Part shown: positions 49,954-62,422 of the stretch, piece after piece | Layout of the letters: each line of letters begins with the position of its first letter | How positions within the stretch are numbered: the stretch's first letter is position 1 | Assembly (NCBI RefSeq): GCF_018977255.1 | Contig: NW_024704742.1 | Span: forward strand, 87,856,001 to 87,920,000 | Length of the DNA: 64,000 nt | Source of the DNA: Callorhinchus milii | Taxonomy: Eukaryota | Direction: 5' to 3' | The notes under the pieces: generated by a model | Seen by the model: only the letters and a program-made list of their open reading frames with translations | The model's database searches: none | What the model was told of the DNA's origin: nothing | Translations under genes and position numbers: made by a program

Positions 49954-51107
49954 CTGATGGGGGTAAAGAAAACAAAATAAGATATTATTTTAGGGGGAAA
50001 ATGCATTCCGCTATAAAACAACTGCAACATAAGAACTCCCTTCGATCGGTTGCTTTTTAACGTGTAAAGGAGGGAAACTGTTGTTCAGATAGACAATGTA
50101 CCTCTTTAATTATACACAATTTCTTCATGTAAAATAGGAGAGAGACAGAGTGTGTGTGTGTGTCTATGAATCAGAGAGTTTTTGATTATTAATTTTTTTT
50201 TAGATAACATTCGTAGAGTGTGTAGCTATTACAGGAGATGTCTTTCATCATATTTGTAAATATTTTTGTCATCGATATGTGTAAACGTCTATATGGTTTG
50301 TAGTTTGAACATCTCGTATAGACGTATGAATAAGGACTTTTGATTCACCCTGTATTTGAGCGCGTGTCTGTGTATGTGACAGATAGAGCATGTGACTGTG
50401 TGTGAGTGTCAGTGTGTGTGTTTGTGTGTTGGAGAACATGTGTTTGTTTTCAGAGTGTGAGAGAAAGAAAGTGTTTTTGAGAGTGTACGTGCAAGATAGA
50501 GTGTGAGAGAGTGTGAATGAGTGTGCGCCAGTGAGCGTGTCTATCCATCAACATATGTTGGACTTTTCACCCCAGCAATTCCTCAGCTGCCATCATATAT
50601 ATTGATTCGCAACCCACACTGTGCTGACTTGGTCTCAGCAGCACAACCTCAATGTGGGGTCCATCTGGTTTCACTCACACCAGATACACTGAAGATGACT
50701 GAAGGAAGGTTTGGGGTAATTGCACACAACCTAACGCTAAACGTGGACCCCACTCGTCTGGGCAACTTCAGTGATGAAAACTAGGGGCGCACAAAGTTCA
50801 TACCGAGTAAATCCCTCGCGGAAATGATCCGTATCCTACTCCTTTCCCTTCCCCCATGTGCCTGGAAACAGAATGTCAATCGAGCCAGCCCTCTTTGGTG
50901 GTCTCGGTAGTCCGGTTCCTGAGCCAGGCGGGTCCGCAGTACTCCAGGGCACTGCTGATCACAGCACAGCCAGGCTGGCTCATCGGCAGGACGTGGAAAG
51001 GTAAACCAGTCATTGGTAGCCCGGAATTATCCCACTCAACTCCTGTTAACCCTCCAAGTTATTATCTCAGGGGCCCCCGGCTTCAGAATAACTAAAGATC
51101 TCCACAT

Positions 51108-51450
51108 TTCTCTCTTTCTCTGTGCCTCTATCAATCTGTCATGAACTCTCTTTGTGCCTCTCAATATTTCTCTCCTGCTCTTTAAGTGCCTCCTTCAATC
51201 TGTGTGCATTTTTGTGTTTTCTCTGTCTACGTTTCTTCCACCCTCTGTGTCTCTCTTTCCCCTTGTCTCTCTCTGTTTCCCCTCAGCTCTCTCTGTCTCC
51301 CCTCATCTCTCTTCCCTTGTCTCTCTCTCTCTCGCTCTCTTCTTTCCTTGTCTCTCGTTTTCTCCCTATTTCTTCATCCCTCTCGGCTCTTTCCTCTTCT
51401 TCCGCTCTCATTTTTCTCCTCTCAGTGTTTTGTTTCTGGCTCTCCCTGTT
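51108..51450. repeat. CT-rich polypyrimidine low-complexity tract
   Basis: Direct reading. Confidence 0.85.
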
Positions 51451-51593
51451 GTATGATGACATGTTTGGGTGGGGAATCAATTCGATGCGTTTGCCATAAA
51501 TCCTATTCAATAAATCCCATAAAGACAGACAGCTAAGTGACCACAGGGGGGAGGGGGGTGGGGGGTGTCATAGAGAATATTTACTACACTTAC

Positions 51594-51683
51594 TGTGAGC
51601 CCACAAAGGCTACATCAAACCAGAAAGCCAAGCCGTGGACAAGACCAGACTGGAGAATGTGGAAAACAAAGGGAATCTCCATT
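51594..51683 (-). CDS. CARM1L: CARM1-like exon: (R)[29 protein letters not shown]
   Basis: ttctgcag acceptor, GTAAGT donor, 90 nt, phase 2->2. Confidence 0.95.
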
Positions 51684-52333
51684 CTGCAGAAACAAAGTGA
51701 AACAAAATCTTTGTGAAATACTTTGCACCGGAGACAAGAGACCCTGGAGAGCCTATTTATTCTGAATCACACTTCATTCCCCCCTCCCCCCACTTCATGA
51801 CTAACGCTCACACTCAACATTCCCAGCCTCTTGGGTTATTGTGCTGGGTTTTCCTGATTTTTGTTCAGTGCTATCCCCGCCCGCCTGTCCTTCAGGGGGA
51901 CAGCAATGCACTTTCTTCTTCCATCACACCATAGCTTTGTTTTATAGGAATGGCGGAAAAGGCAGGTGTGATTAATCCATAAATAAATAAAGAGAGGCTG
52001 AAGCAGAAGGACTGAGGCAGGAAGTTCCAGAACACGTTTTGATGCGATCTGTAGTCTGAAATTAAGATGCATCTAATTTCTATTTCTCCCACAAAAATAT
52101 GCAGTGAATCCACTTTACAATATATTCTGTGAAGCACTTTATGATGTCTCAACGATGTGATAAGGCAATAATATCAAATGGAAAGATTATTATTCTTATT
52201 TTATATGATACAGTGTACATTACAAAGGTAACTAGCTATTATTTAGTGTAGTATACAGCCTGGAAACTCACCAAGTCTGTACCGCATTTTCTTATCAATC
52301 AACAAAAGGTTCCTCCACCCATCATTTACTCAC

Positions 52334-52419
52334 CGGTGCAAATCGTCTTCTTTGGATTCCAGGAAATTCACAGTGTACTTGACAGAGCGCGCCATCAGAA
52401 TGACCACGTCAAAGGTATC
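52334..52419 (-). CDS. CARM1L: CARM1-like exon: [28 protein letters not shown]
   Basis: tgtttcag acceptor, GTGAGT donor, 86 nt, phase 0->2. Confidence 0.95.
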
Positions 52420-52511
52420 CTGAAACAGAAGAGACAAGACACCTTACACCCACAGGCCTGGGAACTTCGGGTCACTTCCCTACAAGAGTATGAGTCAATG
52501 GGATTGGAGGC

Positions 52512-53030
52512 TACAACAACAACTTGCATTTATATAGCATTCGGGGCAGTGTCTCGGAGCGCTTAACAGTGGTAGAGTTTGATGGTGAGCCAGGTGGAGG
52601 GAGGAGGAGACTGTAAACACGGTCAAAGAAGGTTTTCAAGTTGTGATCTAAAAGAGGTGAAGGAGGAGGCAAGGTGGATGGATTGGAGGAGAGAGGTTCA
52701 GAGTTTTGGGGTGTAGTGGCTGAAAGCATGGCTGCCAATGGTGGAGCACAGGGGACAAGGGACAAGCATGAGGTCAGAGCCAGCCAAGCAGAGGCAGTGG
52801 GTAATGGAGTGGGGAGAAAGCGGGTCGGAAAAATAGGGAGGTGACGTGAAGGGATTTGTAGACAAGTGAGAGGATCTTGAAATCGATCCATTCTGTGATG
52901 GGGAGCCATTGGAGCCTGGCAAGGATTGGTGTGATGGGGGTGCAGAGTTTTGTGCGGGTGAATATACGGGTGGCTTTTAGAGGTGAGGTGCAGACTGAGA
53001 TGATGGATCACACCTTAGGCGATGGTGGCT
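52512..53030 (-). mobile_element. L2 LINE 3' fragment
   Basis: TIGSHAFSHYTPKL and L2 tail. Confidence 0.8.
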
Positions 53031-53105
53031 TCTGAGCTGGATGAACAGGAGCGGGACATTTACCGTCCTGGGACTAATTCCCATTCAGTCAGTGGTCAGA
53101 CTTAC

Positions 53106-53187
53106 TACGATTGGCTGCTTGAAGTACTCTTCCACAGCCGCACTGCGGAGACTAGAGAGATTAATCCCGTGGAAACACTGTTGGTAC
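53106..53187 (-). CDS. CARM1L: CARM1-like exon: (W)[27 protein letters not shown]
   Basis: ctccgcag acceptor, GTAAGT donor, 82 nt, phase 2->0. Confidence 0.95.
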
Positions 53188-53420
53188 CTGCGGAGAGAGC
53201 ACAGAGATCATCAGGCAAGGCAGCTTTTAGTGCAGGGATATAATACTTGCATTTATATAGCGCCCTTCACGCAGGATAGCATGTCAGAGCACTGCCCACT
53301 GGCGATGCTGCATGATGAGCCAGGGAGACGGGAGAGGGGGAGACATGGTCGAAGAGGTAGTTCTTAAGGTGGGGCTTAAAGCAGGATCAGAGCTATTAAC
53401 ATAACTAAGCCCATTCAGAC

Positions 53421-53801
53421 CCAATAATAATAATCTTTGCATTTGATCTAGTGCCTTATCACGTCTTCGCGATGCCTCAAAGCGCTTCATAGAATATATT
53501 GTAAATTGAATTGACTATATATTTTATGGGTGAAATGCGGGAGCCAATTGCACACAGCAGTGTCCCACAAACAATTGTGGATTGAGTGACCAAATTATCA
53601 TTATTTTTTTAAAAGAAATTATTACCCCTGGAAAAGCGATCCGCCAATCAATTAACAACCGGTTACTGCTTACTGCTAGGTAAACAGTGGCGTGTGGAGT
53701 AAGGAAACTTGCCCAACGTTTTCCCCTGGCCAACCCAGGATTAAAACCCAGGTCTCTTGCTTGCGAGGTCAGTGCTCTAACCACTGAGCTGCAGGACTCC
53801 A
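53421..53801 (-). mobile_element. tRNA-derived SINE, long subfamily
   Basis: Full head-core-tail. Confidence 0.85.
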
Positions 53802-55134
53802 TGGTTAACATAATACTTGCAGCTTAACATCCAAACTGCCACTGAACTGGTTAGCCCCGAATTGGCCTCCTCTGTTTCGTGTCTATGATTCCTCTCTGAG
53901 GAATGTTTCCTCATGTCCTCTCTCAGGGGACGTGAGGAAACTAGAGGAAGGAGCACAGCAGCGTGACTGTGGAAGCAAACAGATCTGAAGCAGCTCTGTG
54001 TACCTCGGCTCTTCTCTCTAGCTCTTGTTTGCTTTCTGTCACGGTGCTGGGAGAACACACCAAGAGACTGCACCGACCCTGTGTTATTGTTGGGAAGTTT
54101 CCTTGAACAATCTTGAAGCTGCTTTCAGTGGGGCTCTCCTCAGATCAGCTTTCAGTCAGGCTCTATTCAATCTCCCAGTTGGCACTGGGTTCACTCAGAG
54201 TCTGTCAGTGTGATGGCACTCGGCACAGTAGCGCCTCCCCCTTCACCCCTCCGATCCTCAATCCCCCCCTCCGTTCGACCATAAATGGCCCTCACTTCAA
54301 CCCCTAGACACCTCTCCGCCCTTATCACTCAGCCCCCTCTCGACACCACTTTTCTGTTGACACCACTTTCCCCTTCCCCCAATTCCCCCTCCCAGTCCAA
54401 CACTGGGGCAGCACTGCATTGGTGGATGTACCATCCTTCAAATGAGACATTACACTGAGGCTCCCGTCTGCCTGTAGCGTTACTTGAAAAGGGACGTGTG
54501 TTTTGTCCCGGCCAACAATCTCCGCCCATGTAAACTGTCCACTTACCTCAAGGCTGTTTGTGCGCGCAAAATTATTGCCGTATTTGCCTGCAATATACAC
54601 AGTCACTACACTGGACAGCAATTGCCTGTGAAGTGCTTTGAAATGGTTTGACCTTACAGCCACCATAGACATGGGGTGATTCAGAGCGCAGTGAACGCCA
54701 GGAGCCTGTCTCTTACTGTGTCTTGGGGTATTTCATTGCTGTAAACATTTGTTTGGCTTCAAAATGAAGCTCCTCTATTCATGGACTGAGTACACTTTTC
54801 CTACCAAAGGGGTGGGGAAAAGGGACCACCCAGAAGGCATCCCTTATCCTGACGTTACCTACAGGCATGTTACGACTCAGTCCTCGTAATTTCCAAAATG
54901 CAGTGGACCGCAACCTTAGCGAGAAATCAGTTGCACAAAGCGTTCAGGCAAAGCGAGACAGATCATTCCTCTCTCCCACCTTATGTATTTTAGTGAAACG
55001 TTACCCAATTCCACTCAGTAAACAGCAGGCTGGCTTCCAACCATTCACAGAAAGGGGAACAACAAGCTTAACCAGATTTCTCTCTGTGCCCCTTCCCGTC
55101 ACCCCACCCCACATACACACACACAAGAACATAC

Positions 55135-55225
55135 CAGAAATTGGCCCTGGTGTAATGTTCCATGTAAAGCTGCTCGTCGGAAAACGGGGCCAAATGAACA
55201 TCACCGAAGGTGGGAAACATCATCC
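55135..55225 (-). CDS. CARM1L: CARM1-like exon: (G)[29 protein letters not shown]
   Basis: ttcctcag acceptor, GTATGT donor, 91 nt, phase 1->2. Confidence 0.95.
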
Positions 55226-55839
55226 CTGAGGAAATATACAGAGAGCAGAGTATAATAATAATAATAATTATAATAATAATCCTTGCATTTGATATAGCGC
55301 CTTATCACTACGTTGAAATGTCTCAAAGAGTTTTTTTTAAGGGATTATTACCCTGGAAAGCGATTCGCCAATTGACTAACAACCGGGTTCCTACTTCCTG
55401 CTGGTAAACAGAGGCATGTGGAGTAAGCAAACCTGTCTAAGGTTTCGCCGTGCCGGGGAATCGAACCCAGGAGCTGACCCATATGCTACAGGACTCCAAG
55501 AGTAAAGAAGCTGCCCCTCTGCTTAGCATCTGGACTGATTGCAAGTCAGTCAGGGTAAAACAGTGCATTGATCTCAATGTACAAGCCAACTAAAAGTTTG
55601 ACAAATTGACAAGCATAAAGTGTGCGAGGGCATTGCCCCCACTCCATCAGGGCTCTTAACCTTCGGCCTCCCTCCCCCACTCTGACACTTTGTGATGAAG
55701 AAATTACCTTCGATGGAATTATAGAGGTGATCTGTGTCCTGACACTAACAGAAATTCAGGATTTGCTCTATGTACCCAGCCTATTGGAGCATCCAAGAAT
55801 TTAGCAAATTAAAGTTGAATTTGGTCTTAACTCTGTATG

Positions 55840-56025
55840 CGTTGTGCTTACATGTGTCTGTGTGCGTGTATGTGTGTCTACGTGACTATGTGATGTGTGT
55901 TCGTGTGTGCACTTGCGTGTCTGTGTGCAAGCGTGTGTACATGTATCTGTGTGTGTATTCTGTTGCGTGTGTGTGTTCTGTGTGTATATGTCTGTGTGTA
56001 TATCTGTGTGTGTGTATATGTGTGG
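55840..56025. repeat. Degenerate (TG)n tract
   Basis: Direct reading. Confidence 0.85.
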
Positions 56026-56029
56026 GTCT

Positions 56030-56450
56030 CTCATCACACAGAGGATACAGTTCAAGATCGTGGTCCTCACCATCAACGCCCTCCATGGCATTGCTCATCC
56101 TTACCTCGGCGACTTTCTAACCCCCTACCAACCACCTGATCCCACCACTCAGCGGGCTCCAGCCAGCTTCACGTCCCCGCCTCGCCGGCCCACCTATTGG
56201 TGGGTGGGCCTTCTGCCACTCTGCCCCCACCCTCTGGAACTCCATCCCGCAGTCCCTCCACCTCGCCTCCTCCCTTGTCTCCTTCAAGACTCGTCTCAAG
56301 ACCCTCCTATTTGACCGTGCTCTTGATCACCCTCCTTCCCTCCCTGCCCTCCACCCTCCCCAACCCCGACTCCCAGCTCGGGTCCAAAACACTGACTGTC
56401 CAGCGCCTTGGGACGTCCTCCCGACGTGAAAGTAATTTTGTTGTTGTTGT
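56030..56450 (+). mobile_element. L2 LINE 3' fragment
   Basis: ITQRIQFKIVVLT...PYLGDFLTPY. Confidence 0.85.
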
Positions 56451-56507
56451 ATCTGGATATTTGCGTGTGTCTGTATATTTGTGTGTGTCTATATATATGC
56501 GTTTATT

Positions 56508-56539
<32 letters not shown>

Positions 56540-56782
56540 CGCAGGAAGCTGACCTGTCAGCACCAGACGTGTAATGACCGGTTTCCTGTGGATCCTCGGT
56601 ACGCCCGGGACACCAGCATACACCGGTTATATCCAGACTTGTGCAGTACTGTATAACGGGTTCTGAGTGTGTACCATCATAATCAATCTCACCCGCTCAC
56701 CTGAACTTGAATCAGGTGTCATTGACCCCCCACACAGGCCTGCCGTTTCGCGACGAGTAGAGTTAGGTCCGAGTGCACCTAC

Positions 56783-56960
56783 CGTTTGGCTTCAACCACT
56801 TTTTGGCGTGGAGATAACTCTCAATCCTCCTCTCGTGAAATAACAAATAGCCCATAGGTTCCGAGATAATGATGTCCACCTTTTCGGGGATAGAAATCTC
56901 CTCGATTTTCCCTTCCAGCACCATCACCTGTTCGGAAAGGTTATTGCTTTTCACCAGTAT
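56783..56960 (-). CDS. CARM1L: CARM1-like exon: [59 protein letters not shown]
   Basis: Within ORF 56763..56987; tcttcag acceptor, GTAGGT donor, 178 nt; double-E loop. Confidence 0.96.
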
Positions 56961-57819
56961 CTGAAGACATGAAGAGAAGAACAGCATCTCAGGACAAATA
57001 GGAGATCACAATGTCTGTTGACCAACTCACACTGTGCCGATTATAATATATAATACTCCTTGCATTTGATATAGCGCCTTATCACGTCTTCTAGATGTTT
57101 CAAAGCGCTTCACAGAATATACTTTAAAGTGAATTGACTATATATTTTGTGGGGAAACAGAAGCACAGCAGTGTCCCATAAACAATCATGGATTGAGTGA
57201 CGAAATTATTATTATTATTTTTTGGGGAGGTATTATTACTACTGGAAAAACGATCTGCCAATTGTCTGACAACCGGGTTCCTTTCTCACATTTGGTCTAC
57301 TTACATAATTTCAGTCACATTTACACTGCACCACAATAGACATTTATACTGCACCACCACTGACATACTGGGAGGCACATATACGATAAACAAACAAATA
57401 TACTACAAACAAACAAAGACTGAGAATACAAGCAAGAACATTTGAATCTCGCTCAACCTATCGCGAGTTCCTTGTATAAGATATTCACCGTCCTCAAGTA
57501 GCCCTACCAAAGTAGACCTGATATTGTAATTGTGGTTTATATAGAGCATTGACACTCACAATAAGGTTGAGTAACACACCCTGTCCGAGCTTCAGTAATT
57601 GCTCCAAACTACAAGAAGGACCATCATGGACAGGTCAAGTTACATTTCAAATCACTTTTCTCCTGAACTTTGCTCAATTATATAACCTTCATTTTCTAAA
57701 CAAAGTTACTGCTTCCAACATTTAATTCCTTGACACTAACACCCCATTTAATAACAGCACTTGCGTTTGATGTAGCGCCTTTGAATGTTCAATCGACTTG
57801 AAGTGCTTCACATTAATTA

Positions 57820-58650
57820 ACAACAACAAAATTACATTTGTATAGCGCCTTTCACACTGGGAGGACGTCCAAGGCGCTGGACAGTCATTGTTCGGACCCG
57901 AGCTGGGAGTCGGGATTAGTGAGGGTGGAGGGTGGGGGGGAAGGAAAGTGATCAAAAGCACGGTGGATTAGGAGGGTTTTGAGATGGGTCTTGAAGGAGG
58001 AAAGGGAGGGGCGAGGCAGAGGGACTGCGGGATGGAGTTCCAGAGGGTGGGAGCAGAGTGGCAGAAGTCCTGCCAATGGTGGGACAGGGGAGCCAGGGGA
58101 CATGAATCAGACCAGAGCTCGCTGAATGGAGGGAGGGAGCAGGTTGGTAGGGGGTTAGGAGGTCGCAGAGGTAGGGAGAGCAAAGCCATGGAGGGCTTTG
58201 AAAGTGAGATCCAGGATCTTGAACTGTATCCTCTGTGTGATGGGAAGCCAGTGGAGTCGGATGAGGATGGGGCTGATAAGAGTCACGGAGCCTGGTGCGG
58301 GAGAGGACACGGGCTGCAAAGTTATGGATGATCTGCAGCCTATGGAGGAATGAGTTGGAGAGGTCAACAAGCAGGGAGTTTGCGTTGTCAAGCTTGGATG
58401 TTATCAATGCGTGTATGAGGGTTTTCGCAGCCTGTGGTGTGAGACAGTGGTGGAGTTGGGAGATGTTGCGGAGGTGGGGGAAGGCAGAGCGGGTCATGGT
58501 ACGGATGTGGGGTAGAAAGGACAGTTGAGGGTCAAACAAGGCGCCAAGGTTCTGGACTGGCTTAGTAAGGTGGAGTGTGCCACTATGGATGGTGATGCTG
58601 TCAGTGCCTGAGTTGTGGAGGCGCTGACGGGAGCCAAGCAGGAGGACCTC
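57820..58650 (-). mobile_element. L2 LINE 3' fragment
   Basis: ORF 57952..58539 FDPQLSFLPHI...LIHALITSKLDNANSLL; LHWLPITQRIQFKIL. Confidence 0.9.
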
Positions 58651-61196
58651 CTAATTGGACCGAGGCCAACAACAAAAACAACTTATTATAGCATTTATAT
58701 AGCGCACTTCATGCCGGACAGGGTTCTCAGAGCACTTAATTATTAATTGCTGAATGTATATTTTTGTGGGCAAAGGCAGGAGCCAAGTAATGTCTCACAT
58801 ACAGCCTTGAAGTCAATTACTAATTTTTCTGGGGTGTTGTTGGCCATTATGACTTGAGAAATTTTCTTCTCTTTTCGAACAGTGCCATGGGATCTTCAAC
58901 ATCTACCTGGACAGGCAGATGGGACCTCAGTTTAAAGTCTCATTGAAAGGATTTTACAATCCTTTGAAAACAAAAAGCTACTAAGCTAGTCAACAATAAC
59001 TTGCACTTATTAGCTGTTTTTCAAGTTGGATGAACATCTTGAAGTGCTTAAATGAGAGACTAAACTAAGCATTGGCAGCCTGGCAAACTCAGTAGCACTC
59101 CCACCTCGGAGTCAGAAGGTTGTGGGTTCAAGCCCCATGTTGGGACTTTTAACTCAAACTCCAAGCTGCCACTCCAATGCAGTGCTCGGGGTGGGGAGGT
59201 GCTTATCGGAGGTGCCATCCTTTAGATGAGATGTAACAAATACACAGTCACTGCACTTCGCAGTAAATCCTGTGTAGTGCTATGAGATGTCCATCCCGAC
59301 ATGAAAGGCACTATATAAAAATGCACGTCTTAAGCATTGTCATCCAGAGTTGACATCTCTTTATAAAGCAAGAATGAAAAGAGGGCCTGACAGCCACCCT
59401 AGTTACAGCTTTCTCAGTAATATCTGAAGTGCAAAAAGTAATAAACAAAATAGCGGTGGGGCCAAGCCAGCAAGCTGCCTATAGGGAGAAAAGATCTTCT
59501 GTGGGATTATAATAATAACAATCCTTACATTTGAAAGAGCGCTTTACCATGTCACTGAGACATAAAATAAATACAACAAAGAAATTTTGGTGAGGCTAAA
59601 AATGTATGAAAATATATCTCAAAGTTCTTCACAGGATAGACTGTAAAGTTATGTTTATTAGATTATGGTGGTGTGAAGTACGTTTAATAATTCTTCCAGG
59701 AATGATTTCTGGCAATAAACTACAGCCTCCTTTATTCACAGTGCTGAGTGAGCCACTACATCAACCAAATGAGACAGATGTTGATATTATAAAACAGTGC
59801 AGCTGCCACAGACCAGTGCAGTCAAACAGACGACTGTGAAAACCACAGAGAAACTAGACACCGGGTGAACAGCTGCTGGCAGCAGCTAAAGGAGGCAGCA
59901 ATATCTTCACCAACTTATTGCACTAAAAGTTAAACATTTCCTTATGATATAAAACAATAATCATTGTATTTGATATTGTACTTTATTACGCTCTCCACAG
60001 CGATGAAGTGAGTGACTGATTTTATTGGGGTGATTGTTGGCAAGGACACTTCCTTCACTTTTCAAACAGTGACACGTCCACCTGAACAAGCATACAGGAC
60101 CTCGGTTTGAACCCAAGACCTCTGACTCAGAAGTGAGACTGTTACTAACTGAGCCATGCGACCATCTGCATATTTGTGTGTTTAAAGCATGTGCATGTAT
60201 ATATGCGCTTGACAGCAATTGCTCAAGACAAAGTTCTGTACGAAACGCAAGATATATCGTCAGCCGATATCCAAAGGTCTTTTGTAATGAGTTCAGTCAG
60301 GTAACTGATTTATTTCCCACCATCTCCTGCACTCGAGTGGAACAATGCTGACCAGCCAAGCTTGTTGGTATTAGTGTGATACCTGTATGTACAAAACATC
60401 TGTGAAATTTGCTTTCTTTTTAAAAAAATCGAAAACTGCAAGCCTCAAAACACACTGCGGTATCTTTCTGGAAAGGCTAAGGTCTTGGCCTGGACATCTG
60501 GAAAAGGTTTATCTTACTTCACCTTGTTGGCTGACGGCTGACAGGACTTGCCTGACCGTGAAGCCCCCTCTCCTGTAGGGCATCGGCTGCTTCCTGTTTA
60601 TTCACGTGCTCTGAGTACACGTGGTTGTGCTCGGGTTGTGGATGAGTCACATTGCTGATTCACTTGAGCAGTAGAGTGGCCAGTCCAGGCATCTAAAGCA
60701 ATGGGCTGAGAGAGGCCAGTAAACCCCCAAACTATAGTACAAGCTACAAGTGACTGCACAAGCTGTAAACCACAGCACCAGCTACTGTGGCCATGACCCT
60801 TTATAACACGGTGCTTTAAGTCCACAAAAAGAGACCTCGTGCTACACAGGTCATTTTATAATAATAATAATCCTTGCGTTTGATATAGTGCCTTATCACA
60901 TCGTTGAGATTTCTCAAAGCGCTTCACAGAATATACACAAGTGAATTGACTACATTTTGTGGGTGAAATGCGACAGCCAATTACGCACAGCAGTATCCCA
61001 CAAACAGTCATGGATTGAGTGACCAATTTTTTTTTGAAGGGCTTATGACTGACCCCCGGAAAGCGATCCATCAATCAACTAAGAACAGAGATTCTATTTA
61101 CTGTTAGGTAAACAGAGGAGTAAAGAAACTTGCCTAAGATTTCACCCTGCCTGGGAACCAAACCCAGGTCCTCCCGCTTGCTAACCACTACGCTAC

Positions 61197-61522
61197 GTGG
61201 AGTCCTGTAGCTCAGTGGTTAGAGCACTCGCTTTGCAAGTGAGAGACCTGAGTTCAATTCCAGGCAGAGGGCGAAACCTTGGGCAAGTTTCCTTACTCCA
61301 CACACCTAATAATAATACCTCCAAAACCAAAAACAATAATAAATTGGTCATTTTCAATCTATGACTGTTTGTGGGACATTGCTGTGCGCAATTGGCTGCC
61401 GCGTTCGCCCACAAATATACAGTCAATTCACTTTACAGTGTGTTCTGTGAAGCGCTTTGGGACGTCCTCCCGACGTGAAAAGCGCTATATCAAATGCAAG
61501 GATTATTATTATTATTATTATT
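61197..61522 (+). mobile_element. Young tRNA-derived SINE (short subfamily)
   Basis: Same structure, (TTA)n tail. Confidence 0.9.
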
Positions 61523-61638
61523 ACAGGACTCTATATCAAGTTGCTCCAGGACTACAGTCCGGTTCCTCAAGTCGCCAATGATCACATTAACGTGTTGCGG
61601 GGAGACTGTGTTAAAAGGTATTGCACGTGTCCGTGTTA

Positions 61639-61854
<216 letters not shown>

Positions 61855-62422
61855 TTACTGTGTGCCAGTTTACACACCGGATAGAAGGGCAGAGGAGAGC
61901 TTTGCACTTTTGTTGGCAGTTGAGGGTGGCGCTATTATGTACCTCATCTGGGCACCAACAGATGGCAGTAGAGTGATGGGGCACAGGTCTGAGGAATTCT
62001 CCACCTCAACCACAATGCTGGGCTGCTCCCCTTCATCCCACTGGTGGATTGGTAGCCCCAAAGGCTTGTGGTATAAAATAGGGGCACTGGGGAGACAATC
62101 ATGGGGACGCTTCAGAGTCAATCATGAGGGATTGTTGGGAGCCAATCATCGGGGTGCAAGACAGATAATCATGGGGTCCCTCAAGAAATGTCCCGATTTA
62201 TATAGCCAGTCCACCACTGACCACTGAAACCCCTCCGAAGAAGCTGCACTCTTTTCTCCCATCCAACAATCTATCGGTGGAATTTCCACGTGTAGGTGGG
62301 ATGCATGGAATTCTCAGTTTGGTTTGGATACTCTTAAGCATGGTGATGGGTTTCCGCATGTGTCAAGACACACTACTGACCAGATTTTTTTCCCCTCTCC
62401 TGTCAAGCTCTCCCAAACTCAC

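Noticed and set aside
50725..50742. CTAACGCTAAAC resembling the telomerase RNA template near a pseudoknot
   Set aside because: Mismatch to CUAACCCUAA, wrong position relative to the helices, and no H/ACA or CR4/5 domain seen.
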